Below are positions 11,821 to 24,051 of a stretch of 59,871 nt of DNA, piece by piece. The position numbers were made by a program, and so were the translations under genes. The first letter of the stretch is position 1; every line of letters begins with the position of its first letter. The DNA comes from Octopus bimaculoides (lineage: Eukaryota), in assembly GCF_001194135.2 (NCBI RefSeq), contig NC_068981.1:162187758-162247628 (forward strand). Reading direction: 5' to 3'. Below the pieces are notes generated by a model that searched no databases, had not been told where the DNA came from, and saw nothing but the letters and a program-made list of their open reading frames with translations.

Positions 11821-13369
11821 ATTTTAGTTTTTTTACCTTATGGCAGATATGAGAGGGTGTTCAGGGGAAAAGGACTTTTCTGGATGTATAATGGTAAGTA
11901 ATAATGCTGGGAGCGTGGGATGGAGAAAAAAAGCAAGTGATTCCAAGAAGAGGCATAACTAGTGGCACATGAATGGGAAAGGAATATGTGCAGTTCTGTT
12001 CTCATATAATTACAGTAGCTGAGAAATAAAGCATTCGTATATGTGTGTTTATGTGTGTGTATGTGCATGTATGCATGTATATGTATGTATACACTTGTAT
12101 ATATATGTATATATATATATATATATNNNNNNNNNNNNNNNNNNNNNNNNNNNNNNNNNNNNNNNNNNNNNNNNNNNNNNNNNNNNNNNNNNNNNNNNNN
12201 NNNNNNNNNNNNNNNNNNNNNNNNNNNNNNNNNNNNNNNNNNNNNNNNNNNNNNNNNNNNNNNNNNNNNNNNNNNNNNNNNNNNNNNNNNNNNNNNNNNN
12301 NNNNNNNNNNNNNNNNNNNNNNNNNNNNNNNNNNNNNNNNNNNNNNNNNNNNNNNNNNNNNNNNNNNNNNNNNNNNNNNNNNNNNNNNNNNNNNNNNNNN
12401 NNNNNNNNNNNNNNNNNNNNNNNNNNNNNTGAAGCAACCTTAACAATAGCTAATACCTTTAATGTGTATAAAATTTTTCCTTTCTGAATCAGTTCATAAG
12501 GTAAATCACATCCTATATTGCATATATTTCCTGTGCTTTTTTTTTCTTCTTAAAATTTCTTTTTTATCTTTCAACATCGAAACTATAAACCTGAAACTGT
12601 TTTAATCAATAAAAATGCTCCAATTTGCACTTTTCTCTGCTACTTAACAAGAGAGATAGAAGCAGAAGCATATATTTCTTCTTGAGCTGATTGCTTATTT
12701 CAACAGACTTATCTGTAATCCAAGCCTAGCTGTCTAATCCAATACGATAAATGCAGATGCTGTTTATTTTCTTGGTGAAAATCTTTAGAAGACTCACATT
12801 GACGTGTGTCACATTTCCAGGACACTCATACCAGTGGAGAAGCAAGTAATCTCACTTATAGAATGTTGACTGACCTTTATTGTCAGTAAAATCAGTTAAT
12901 TTTGGTATATTTGCTTCTAACTTGAGTAAACACAAATAGGATTCTAACTACAAAATACAGCTATCAGTTGTTGACACTATGTACACAGCTGAAGTAAAAC
13001 TCAAGATGGAGTACTGCTCTTGTGTATGGGATACTGCTGCAGTTACTACTATGACTACTACTACTACTACTACTGCTACTATTGCTACTACTGCTGCTAC
13101 TACTGCTATTCAGATAACTGTCTTAAGATTTGAATTTAAAGAGAAAACTACCTGACAAATTACAACCTCTAGTGTGTCAACATGCTATCTCTATCTTTCC
13201 ACTGATAAATCTACTGACATTACAATGGCATCTCCTTCTCAGAGTTACCTAAGCTTTTTGAAACATATTCATCCTTTCCTCTGTTATCAATCCAACTGCA
13301 TCCTATACAGATATACATATATATACACATACTCATACACACACACACACATACATGCACAAACACAAT

Positions 13370-13570
13370 CATCGTCGTCATCATCATCATCATTATCATC
13401 ATCGTTGTCGTCATTATCACCAATGTTTTGATGTCCGTTTTTCTATGGTTGCCTGGGATGGAGAGAATTTGTGGAGGCAGATTTTCTATGGATGCATGCC
13501 CTTCTAGTCACCAACTCTCACCTGTTTCCAAGTAAGGTAATATTTCACCATAACCAGACATACTTATACA
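13370..13570 (-). mobile_element. SINE family F
   Basis: Body gaggcagattttctatggatgcatgcccttc...cacctgtttccaagtaaggtaatattt and (CAT)n tail. Other copies lie at about 20750-20960, 23030-23165, 28440-28530 and 30715-30900. Confidence 0.7.
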
Positions 13571-13610
13571 AAAGATTAAAAAATGTCAAGATACATACAT
13601 ACATACATAC

Positions 13611-13659
<49 letters not shown>

Positions 13660-14169
13660 AATATATATATAAATAGGAAATAGTGGCACAAGTCCAGGCA
13701 AGGTTGTTTATGGAAGACCAGCAGTGGCCCATGCATACCAGCCTCTCCTCTCCACACCACTAACGTTATCCAAGATAGAGCTTGGCACTAGTGATGCTGC
13801 AATGCATTTTTACAGCTGAGTGAGTCAGAACAACATGAAATAAAGTGTCTTACTCAAGAACACAACACACAGCCCAGTCTGGGAATCAAATTCACTACGT
13901 CATGATTGTGAGTCCAATGTTCTTACCACTGATCCATGCACCTTTTAGAAGTTATAATGCAACTGTTATTAGATATGTTAATGGTTTCTAATCTTTTGTC
14001 GTTGTTGTTATTATTGTCATCGTCTTTTTACTTCATCGTGCATTAGAGAGAAAATTAAAAATACTGTTCTCAGAAAAAGTTTAAAATAAAACATTAAATT
14101 TTAAAATTCATTCTCTTAAAAAAAGAAGAGGTCACATAATGTGATCTTGTGTTCCCTGTACATTGTAAA

Positions 14170-14640
14170 ACAGACAGGTTTGTCATGGTTAGAATGCCTT
14201 TGGTCATAGGTCTACTCATAGAGCCAACCTGGGGCCCATGCAACAACAACCACTTGGTCCAGCCTTTTGTTATGTCTTCTCATGTGGGATATCATATGAT
14301 CAAACTTCATTTATTCTTCTCATGTCTTTCTTGACCATAGACACCTTTCACTAACAGCATATAGTACATTTCCATCCATCACATATTGTCCATTTGTCAC
14401 ACTTATTGATACCAGCTGAGTTCTTTACTCAAAAAATGATGCCTTTAATATTCAATCATTTTCTCAGTTCATATGTTTGCCTATCCTCTGTACAAATATT
14501 AACTAGCTTATCACTTTTATATGGATAGAATGGCCTCAACTGATGCTACCAAGTATTGTGCTGTAGTGTACTGGTTCACTGCAAGAGTTATTTGGGTGTG
14601 TGCTGTGATTCTTAAAAATATAATTTAAGACTTCAAAAAC
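14170..14640 (-). mobile_element. RTE-clade LINE 3' remnant
   Basis: The degenerate minus-strand translation follows the RTE C-terminal pattern (EASMLRW...LREK...RLRWYGHV.RMD...), with many stops. Confidence 0.5.
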
Positions 14641-15616
14641 CCTGTACTAAGTTGTGAACATCTTAGAAAATGTGTTTATTCAAATTCTTTCATATGCAAG
14701 TATGAATAATAATTTTGATCTTGTTGTGTTGTGTTCCTGCTTTTACAGGAATGGTTTAAATGTCATCTCTGCTGGATTCCCACTAAAGCAGTAATGAGCA
14801 ACATATGTAGAAAAAGAAGATATAATTCTAAACTCAGTCAACTGATCACATATTGCAGCTTTGTAGTCAAATGTGTTTATGACTCATTGCTAATGGTGTC
14901 CTCCATAGCTGTTGCTCCTTTTGTTTTTAATCAAAAAAGCCCTGATTTTGTGATGAGATGAATGTGTAATGAACCCAACACTTCATCTTATAAACGAGTA
15001 AGGCCTAGAATCTTTTCAGTTGAAGAAATTATTGATGACACTTATTCTTCAGACAAACAATTTACACTTACACCAGCAATGAGAGTGATTCGGACAATCA
15101 AACAGGTGAAAGGGATGGGGTAAGTAGTGATTCAGGTGAACAAATACAGTAGTTGAGAGATAGACCTATACTGTTATTCTCCTGAATTTTTTTTTTTGAT
15201 TCTGTTTATCAGTTTGCCTAATAAATATGGCATTCAAGAGAAAGGTCTATTTTTATTTTTCTCCTGAATATTTTTGAAATTTTGTTCATTAGTTTACCTG
15301 CACTTGTTAATCTTGAGCTGTATAAGCAACTATTTATTTTTGTTCAAGAGCCCAGGTGGAGGATAAAGTTTAATGCAAGGGCCCAGGTCTGAGAAGGTTA
15401 AGTCTGGGCACAAGACCAACAATTTCAGTGGGAGAGGATAGTCAATTGTATCGACCCCAGTACTATATTGGTATTTTATTTTATTGGCCCCAAATGAATA
15501 AAAGACAAAGCTGACCTCAATAAGATTTGAGTACATCACATAAGGAACTAGAAGAAATATTGTTAAGTACTTAGTTTAAGATGTTAATGTTTCTTCCAGC
15601 TCACTATCTTTACAGG

Positions 15617-15748
15617 CAGTGTTTCTCAACCTTATTACCCTTGTATAACCCTTAAAATAGATTACATGTCTCAGGGAACCCGTGCACAAAAATAAATTAT
15701 ATACCATATCTTTCTCATATTTTTTCATCATAGTTCACGTGGTAAATG

Positions 15749-15789
<41 letters not shown>

Positions 15790-15874
15790 GATCATGAAAT
15801 TATCATTAGCTTATGTCACTCTTTCTCGTGGAACCCCTAGGAACCTTTTGTAGAACCCCAGTTGAGAAACGCTG
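15617..15874. mobile_element. hAT (Charlie-like) MITE
   Basis: TIRs cagtgtttctcaac / gttgagaaacgctg with a degenerate 8-bp TSD tttacagg / ttcacaag. Confidence 0.8.
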
Positions 15875-16236
15875 TTCACAAGCATAATAAATGAAACCAC
15901 AATAAGCTACACTTTTCTATATTTTTTTTCTAAATTTCAAAGTTTAAAACAGTCCTTTTTTGTTTAACTTTTCCTGTGAAGAGCACCAATACTTTTTATT
16001 TGATCTTCAGTGAGTCATAAAGTTAAAATAAAAACAGCCAAAGATCAGAAAGTGGTAGCATAACTAATAACAGTTGTATTATAAATTCTAAAACAATAAA
16101 GCAGCAATTGAAAAACAGTCTTGTATAAGGTATAATGCTGTTAGGTATTGACTGTAGAAATATTAACATATTTCGGAAGAGCCATATTAAAACTTATAGA
16201 CAGACTGCTTGTTTCTTACCATAAGGTAAATTTTCT

Positions 16237-16310
16237 TTAACCCTTTAGTGTTCAGATTAATTTGTCAAATGTAATGCTTATCTGTTCACATTAATTTTGA
16301 TTTATTCAAG
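16237..16310 (+). mobile_element. piggyBac-type MITE end fragment
   Basis: TTAA followed by ccctttagtgttcagatt; no second end was found. Confidence 0.35.
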
Positions 16311-16716
16311 TTCAAGTGGGATGTCCACAATATTTGCTTGTAACTTTGTTAACTTTCTACATACAGATTTGAAACTTTGTAAATGGGTGCTTATATGCCA
16401 GTGGTTTATAGTTACCGAATTTTAGCTGATCATTCTGATTAAATTTGACTTTTATGGGCAGGTAAATTTAATTAAAAGGTGTAAAAACAATAACATTATG
16501 AATAAACACTAAAATTCATATTCTTAATACATCTTACCTGTTTGATTTGCTACTGAAATTATCCCAGATGTCAATTGCCAACAATTTTACATTTTTCAAG
16601 ATGAGGTACATTAATTTGAATTAATTAAAATACAGGTGTAATCCGTACATGATTTTATTGTTTCTCTATATTTCATTCAAACATTTTCCTTGAAAATAAA
16701 GTACAAAACTCTTTTA

Positions 16717-17520
16717 CTAGTCAATATGCCATATCACACATTCCTTTTTTGTGGCCTGGAGAACCACTATGTTGTCCTCATTTCCAAGAAGGACAGCGTC
16801 TGCTACCCAGACCACATCAATCTTTAGCAGAATTCCTTCTACAATGATTCTTGTTGCTCTTAGTAGTCCTGGGTAAGTGGGCAGAAGCACCACTTCCTCA
16901 CTCTTGATGGATGTCGCTGCTTGTTTCCTTGCTGTTGCCGCATCCTTGAACCTCACCTCCACTACTCGAAACATCGAACCTTTTGCGAGGTACACAATAT
17001 CACTCCATATCAGTCTCACAGCCTTTTCCACCTGGTCCGTAGTCACAATGTCAATTTTTTCCTTTACTTATCGAAAAGGTTCAGTACATTATTGTCTTTT
17101 CCTTAATGTTATTACGTATTGGATGGGTTGAGGGGGACAGCTTCACCTCAAAACCATCCCGACTTAGTAAATATTTATACCTTCCAAATTTTCCAATATC
17201 CATTCCTCCTGGTATTTTATCACGTCGGCAAAATTCCTCTTCTCCTTCTTCAATTGATCATCCATCTTCCGGACCACCTCCAACAATTCCTCTTCTGACG
17301 ATGATATCTCTGAGAAGCTATAGTCTTCTACAGACATGTTTTTACTAACCTATCTCTCCTCTCACGAGAAAAGAAAGTACAAACAACTCACAAACAAACA
17401 AACCGCTGCAAAGCAGCACAACACGTTCAAATACTATAGAAAAAAACACCAGTACAAAAAGCAAAGTATAAAATATACAAACACTGAAAAAACCATGTGG
17501 TCTAAACAATTTCACAGTAC
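16717..17520 (-). mobile_element. Non-LTR retrotransposon ORF1/5' remnant (L1/Tx1-like)
   Basis: ORF ...YLAKGSMFRVVEVRFKDAATARKQAATSIKSEEVVLLPTYPGLLRATRIIVEGI... has the RRM-like pattern of LINE ORF1 proteins. It is frameshifted upstream and has a T-rich 5' UTR-like leader. Confidence 0.55.
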
Positions 17521-17607
17521 ATTTCCATATTTAAGAGATGAGGAATTATGTACATTATTTACATTATTTACATTCGACAGATATTTGTCCTCATCTTTTT
17601 TGTTGTT

Positions 17608-17653
17608 AACACAACGTTTCAGCTGATATACCCTCCAGCCTTCTTCAGGTGTC
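17608..17653 (-). ncRNA. Minimal type I hammerhead ribozyme (intact core)
   Basis: gacac-CTGAAGA-aggctg-gagggtatat-cagct-GAAA-cg-TT-gtgtt. Stem I is GACAC/GUGUU, stem II is GCUG/CAGC, stem III is the palindrome AACGUU, and the triplet is GUU. Confidence 0.7.
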
Positions 17654-17800
17654 TTGGGGAAATGGTGTAGTGGTTAAGCACGCGGGCTACTAACCCCAAG
17701 ATTCTGAGTTCGATTCCAAGCAGTGACCTGAACAATAATAATAATAATAACATCAAAAAATACCTTAGGAATTAGAACCCAGGTTCGAAATTTTCCCCAA

Positions 17801-17848
17801 GACACCTGAAGAAGGCTAGAGGGTATATCAGCCAAAATGTTGTGCTAA
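17801..17848 (+). ncRNA. Hammerhead motif, inactivated copy
   Basis: gacac-CTGAAGA-aggctagagggtatatcagcc-AAAA-tgtt-gtgct; GAAA is mutated to AAAA. Confidence 0.5.
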
Positions 17849-18676
17849 CAACAAACAAGATGAGGACAAATATCCGTCGAATGTAAATTATGTACAAATT
17901 CACAGTATTTATACTTGAATAATGGCAGGAAAGATTTCATCTCGCATTATCTCAAGGCTACGAGAATTCAATACCATGATTTGTTTTAGTTTTTTAGCGA
18001 TTTCGTAGAGCAGCTTAATACGGCCGGATTTGGACAGTTTGAACAAATAAAGGGGAATTAATTTTGGCTGGTTTTGGCCGGTTTGAACACTTATCCTGTA
18101 ACCTACCTGTTAGGTTCATAGGCTTGAAAGTGAAAATCTTCCAACATATACAATATTTGATGGCATAAAATAATATCAAATAAAAGTTAACCTCAGTGGA
18201 ATTTGAACACAAAGCACTAAGGTTGGAACAAATACCATGAAGCATTTTATGCAATACTCTCATAACTCTGCCAGGGAGAATAATTTAGCATGAATACCTA
18301 CAAACAAACATATATATGTTTTATCAATATCATGTTTGTTTTTATTTTTAACAGACTAACCTTATATGGCTTTGTTAAGAATTCCTTGCACTCTTACAAG
18401 TGGCTACTGAAAACTGAAAATCTGGTACTGTACAGAATGTACTGATAATGAGAGAAAGCATTCTAGCTCAGATTAATAGGTTTTGACAGAAATGACAAAC
18501 AAGTGTGAAAAATCCACTTAAAGAGAAACATTAAAAAGAAAAAAAAACTTTTACTATTTTGCAAGAAATTATAACAACAGCAGCAACAGCAGCAGTGACA
18601 GCAGTAAATAACAATATAATACACGCTGGTAAAAGAGCTTTGCACAAATGTTTGACTAATAGAAGTAGCAACTAAT

Positions 18677-18748
<72 letters not shown>

Positions 18749-19029
18749 TCTTTCAAGAATACTCCACCATCTTAGAAAAGAATTCATTGGATAATCTGGT
18801 TCTGGATTCCCTACCTATGGATAAAATATGAGTCGGTCACAACTTGGAATAATAATGATTTCAAATTTATGCACAAGGCCAGCAAATTCCAGGGAGTGGG
18901 TAAGTCAATTACATTGAACCCAGTGTTCAATTTGTACTTATTTCATCGACCCTGAAAGGATGAAAAGCAAAGTCAACCTCGGCAAAATTTGAACTCTGAT
19001 TGAACCAAACTCGATGACTAGCACCTGTA

Positions 19030-19460
19030 CCAGTGGAGCAATAAGAGCACCGTCCGAGCGTGATCATTGCCAGAGCAGCTATCTGGCTTCCATGCTAGTA
19101 GCATGTGAATAACACCATTTGAGCGTGATCGTTACCAGCGTCACCTTACTGTCACTTGTGCCACGTGAAAAAACATTCGAGCGAGGTCATTGCCAGTGCC
19201 GCTGGACTGGCTCTTGTGCAAGTGGCACGTAAAAAACACCATTTTGAGCATGGCCGTTGTCAGTACTGCCAGACTGGCCCTCGTGTCAGTGGCATGTAAA
19301 AGCACCCACTACACTCTCGGAGTGGTTGGTGTTAGGAAGGGCATCCAGCTGTAGAAACTTTGCCAGATCAGATTGGAGCCTGGTGCAGCCATCTGGTTCA
19401 GTCAAATCGTCCAACCCATGCTAGCATGGAAGGCAGACGTTAAACGATGATGATGATGAG
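19030..19460 (+). mobile_element. SINE family D, long copy with tandem internal subrepeats
   Basis: Several ~50-bp ...gagcgtgatcattgccag...gtggcacgtaaaaagcacc units, then ggagtggttggtgttaggaagggcatccagctgtagaaac...gttaaac(gat)n. Confidence 0.8.
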
Positions 19461-19528
19461 GAGGAAAATGCTGCTAAGCACTTTGCCCAACATGCTAACA
19501 ATTTGCCAGCTTGCTGCCCTGGCACCTG

Positions 19529-19565
<37 letters not shown>

Positions 19566-19667
19566 CCAAATTGAAAATTAAAAAAGAACAAAATAACGAA
19601 AGTCAGAAGGGTGTACACATGGAATGTATTAGTTTGATACTCAGTGTAAGATGAGAAAAATTGTGGG

Positions 19668-19703
19668 TGTGTAAAATTTCGAGCATGGCTCTTCATCAGT
19701 AAG
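19668..19703 (-). ncRNA. Decayed hammerhead core
   Basis: CTGATGA-a-GAGC-cat-GCTC-GAAA-tttta; stem II is perfect but stems I and III do not pair. Confidence 0.35.
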
Positions 19704-21101
19704 AGGATAGAGGAAAGGTCTGGAGAAGAAAAAAAGTCTAAGAAAAGCACATGCTTGGTTACATGGCTAAAGTGACTGGAAGTGGAGAGAGGTAGAGAAA
19801 GTGGGGGTTTTTTAAAGGCAGGAGAATGTGAAAATGGCCAGTGTGTATGTGTATGTGCATGTGTGTGTGTGTGTGTGTGCATGCGTGCGTGTGTGCACGT
19901 GCACATGCGCGTGGTTGTGTCTGTGTGCATGTGTGTTTATGTAAGAGATGTATGCATAAAGGAGTGGTTTTGAATGGGTTAGTAGCCACCATTTGATTTA
20001 GTGGTAAAAGGTAAGGTAATGAGTGTACGAGTGCATGGATGTTTCTGTGCATGTACGTACATATTTGTGTGTGTGTAGAGTGTTTGTGAGGGTGTGTTTC
20101 TGCGTCTATGTCTATGTATGTGTGTATTTTTATGTGTGCACATGCGTGCTTGTATATGTGCACATATATTTCATGGACTTTCAATTTCCATCTTCCAAAT
20201 TCACTCACAAAGTTTTAATTGGTCAGGGGTTATAGTTGAAGACATGTGTGGTAAATAGAACTGAACCTAAGACCACATGATCAGAAAGTAAGTTTCTCAA
20301 CTACACAGCCATACCTGTATATTAATAATAATTGTTTTTTATTGGTTTGTTGTAAAATTATAACTTTGAAATTGAAAATTTCACATAAACTAATTATATC
20401 TGCAATCTACATGATCAAATCTGCAATTTTCTAAAGCAATTTTGAGAAAGCTGTAATCAGATAAAGAAATAGTGACAAAAGAATAAATAATTCTAGGTAA
20501 ATTGTTGGTAAAAATATGTAATGATTTGAATCATATACACAAAAAAATAGCTGAAGTGAAAATTTTCATGATTTTTTGTAAAATTTATTTCTCTTTCTTT
20601 CAATTATCAGCGTATTGCAGTATTATGAAAATAGATTGTTAAACAGTAGTATTGTTATTCATCACATATATATTGCAAATATACAATTGAAAAATTTGTT
20701 TTTAATCTCGTTTTGAATTAGTTACCACCATTTCAACATCATCATCATCATCATCATCATCGTCATCGTCATCATCATCATCATCGTCGTCATCATCGTC
20801 ATCATCATCATCTTTTTAACATCCACTTTTCTTTGCTTGCATGAATGGGACAGTTTACTGAGGCAAATTTTCTATGGCTGGATGCCCCACTTCCTGTCAA
20901 CAACCCTTATTCATTTTCAAGCAAAATAATATTTCCCTATAGCTTGACATGTTTTCTCAGAATATTTGAAATGACATTCATTTACGACAATTATGTGATG
21001 TCAAGGCAAGGAAACACACACATGCATACAACGATACTTACACACATATACAGGCACCTATATCTATATCTATATCTATCTATCTATAATTTATAGGTAT
21101 G

Positions 21102-21133
<32 letters not shown>

Positions 21134-21137
<4 letters not shown>

Positions 21138-21430
21138 AACAATATATGAGTATATGCATATATATGTACATGTATGTATATACCTTCATCCACATGTACA
21201 TATAGATACATAACTGGGTACATGACGTGGCAAAAGAACATGGACAAAATGGTAAACAAGGTGCAACAAACAAGCAGGCCACATAGAAACATCCCCTTCA
21301 TCAGCTGCCACCATTAAAACTCCGGCGTTTCGAAGAATTAGTACCCAGTTATGTATCTATATGTACATGTGGATGAAGGTATATACATACATGTACATAT
21401 ATATATGCATATACTCATATATTGTTTGTA
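21134..21430. repeat. Fold-back with ~88-bp near-perfect arms and a 120-bp loop
   Basis: 21134-21220 is the reverse complement of 21342-21430. Confidence 0.9.
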
Positions 21431-21814
21431 TTACGACAGAACGCACGCATTGACCTTTATACAGTAAGTTTATATATATATATATGTATATGTATGTATG
21501 TATGTATGTTTGTTCATACATACATACAAACACACACACGTACATACAGACACACACAATAGGCTTCTCTGAGTTTATGTCTATCAAATCCACTGACAAA
21601 TCTTTACTTAACCTATGGTTATAATAGAAGACACTTGCCTGAGGTGCCCTGCAGTGGGACTGAACCTGAAACCATGTGATTGGGAAGCAAATTTCTTATC
21701 AATGCTGTCACACCTGAGCCATAGTTTAAGTCAATAAAGCTTATTATTTTCAAATTTAGATTAATTTCTCTATATATATAAGCACCAGGTAATTTCAAGT
21801 AAAATTATTATTAT

Positions 21815-22581
21815 CATAGCTCGGCCTGGAAGCCATTTTCTGTAAGCGAGTTGAGGACCTTCTGTGATTCACACTGGATGTAGATAACGGTGTTAAAATG
21901 GTGACCTTTGAGCTGCCTTTTCATCTTGTGGAAGACAAGGAAGTTCACAAATGCTAAATCTGGTGAATAGGATGAGTGCAGAAGAGATTCCATGTTGTTT
22001 TTGGAGAGAAACTTATGAGTGAGGAAAGCTCAGTGACAGCGTTCTTTGTCGTGAGGAATTCAATTCTTCATGCTCCACAGATCCAGTCACTCTCGCCAAA
22101 TGTCCTCCCTCAAACACTTCTAGATATCACAGTAGAACTCTCGATTAATAGTCTGGCCCTGGGGGACGAATTCTTGATACACAATGCCACATTTCCGGGG
22201 ATGATGCTAGTGGCAAGTATTCCCAATCACTCATCATTTTTCAGGGATGTTCTAACACTTTTGAAGTGCTTGTACCTCTCAAAACATTGCATACAACCCC
22301 ATTGCCTTATTGCTGTAAGCTTGCTGAAGCAGGCTCAATGTCTCTGTAGCAGTCTCCCTAAATTTAATGCAAAATTTCATGTTGGCTCTTTGTTCATTAA
22401 CTACAGCATACACGTGATCACAAAAACACAAATTTCACAAATTACAAATTAAGCACAGTGATGTCACTCGGTACGCTGCCTCATGAAGGTCATTGCTAGT
22501 TTTCACTGTGCACACAACTGTGTGCTGCCATCTGTTGGTTCAATACAGAATTAGCCTGGGAACTTTTGATACTACCTCATT
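21815..22581 (-). mobile_element. mariner (DD34D) transposon remnant, internally deleted
   Basis: Minus strand gives YSPDLAFVNFLVFHKMKRQLKGHHFNT and GIVYQEFVPQGQTIN. One TIR (gggaacttttgatactacctcat) is present; the same family occurs at 52427-53338. Confidence 0.85.
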
Positions 22582-22599
22582 CGTATATGTATATATGTG

Positions 22600-22677
<78 letters not shown>

Positions 22678-22832
22678 CAAATATATATATACACATGCAC
22701 ACACACCGGTTGGTGTAAGGAATGGCATCCAGCCATGAAAACCCTGCCAAAATAGCCTAGGGTAGTTTTTCTACCTGGCCTGTTCCTATCAACCATCCTA
22801 CCCATGCATGCATGGAAGATGGACATTAAACA

Positions 22833-22867
<35 letters not shown>

Positions 22868-22905
22868 AATGATGATGATGATTGATGATGATGTTGATGA
22901 TGATA

Positions 22906-22974
<69 letters not shown>

Positions 22975-23257
22975 TATGAATGTGTGTGTGTGTGTGTGTT
23001 AGTGTCTCCTTGTCTTAACATGCTGTGATACAAGTGGTGGCATTCATTTTCAATCTTCCATGAAAAAACTTGTCTAAGCCATGTGAAATATTACCTTACT
23101 TGGAAACTGTTGCGAGTTGGTGACTGGAAGGGTATCCAGCTGTAGAAAATCTGCCTCAACAAGTTCTATCTAACACATCACATGCAAGTATGAAAAAGTG
23201 GATGTTGAAATGATAACGACGACAACAATGTCAATGATGACAACAATGATGATGACT

Positions 23258-23291
<34 letters not shown>

Positions 23292-23979
23292 CGATGACAA
23301 TGATGGCTTTGACGATGATGTAATTATTATTACTGCCGTTGTTGCTATTTTTGCTGGTTTTGTAGTTGTTGGTGTTGTAGCTGCAAATTTTCTCTACAGA
23401 AGTTACCATATCTTTTATTGCAATATCTAAGCAAGATGCACTGTTTTTCTCATTTGTCATTCCCCCCACTTCTCTCATAATATCTGTTATGCTTGCTCCT
23501 CCCCTCTCTTTGTTAAGTAATTCAATCATAAACATTATGACTGTGCTGCTGCTGCCATTTGCCATTTTTAGAATGGATTCAAACTCAACCCAGTGCAAGT
23601 TCAAGCACAAAATTTGATTAGACTCTTCCAGATCCAGCTGGTCTTATCTATACCAAAATTTTCCAAATAACTAAACTCTTTCTTGTCAAAAGAGCTGATA
23701 TTCTGAGAAGATCCTCAGATTCAAACTTGTCTACACCTTGGCAGAATACAGGCAATAACAATAACAACAACAATGATAATAATGGTTTCAAATTTTTAAC
23801 ACAAGGCCAGCAATTTGGAGGAGGAGCTAAATTGATAACATGGACCCCAGTGCTCAATTGGTAATTATTTTATCGACCCTGAAGGATGACAGACAAAATC
23901 GACCATGGTGGAATTTGAACTCTGAATGTAAAAATATACACTAAGCATTTTGTGCTGACAATTCTGCCAGCTTGCAACC

Positions 23980-24051
<72 letters not shown>

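Larger units (their letters stand above)
17567..17890 (+). mobile_element. tRNA-headed, hammerhead-containing element with an inverted partial copy
   Basis: The head at 17663-17725 has A box tggtgtagtggttaag and B box gagttcgattcc. The tail at 17790-17890 is duplicated in inverted orientation at 17567-17662. The same module occurs at 49850-50030. Confidence 0.8.

Noticed and set aside
17663-17725. Possible tRNA gene (also 48794-48865 and 49855-49935)
   Set aside because: A and B boxes are present but there is no complete acceptor stem or cloverleaf, and the sequence continues into repeat bodies; these are SINE-type heads.
19030-19310. Regularly spaced repeats resembling a CRISPR array (also 47700-47880 and 57752-58105)
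   Set aside because: Eukaryotic context, degenerate units without unique spacers, and no cas genes; these are SINE subrepeats or a minisatellite.
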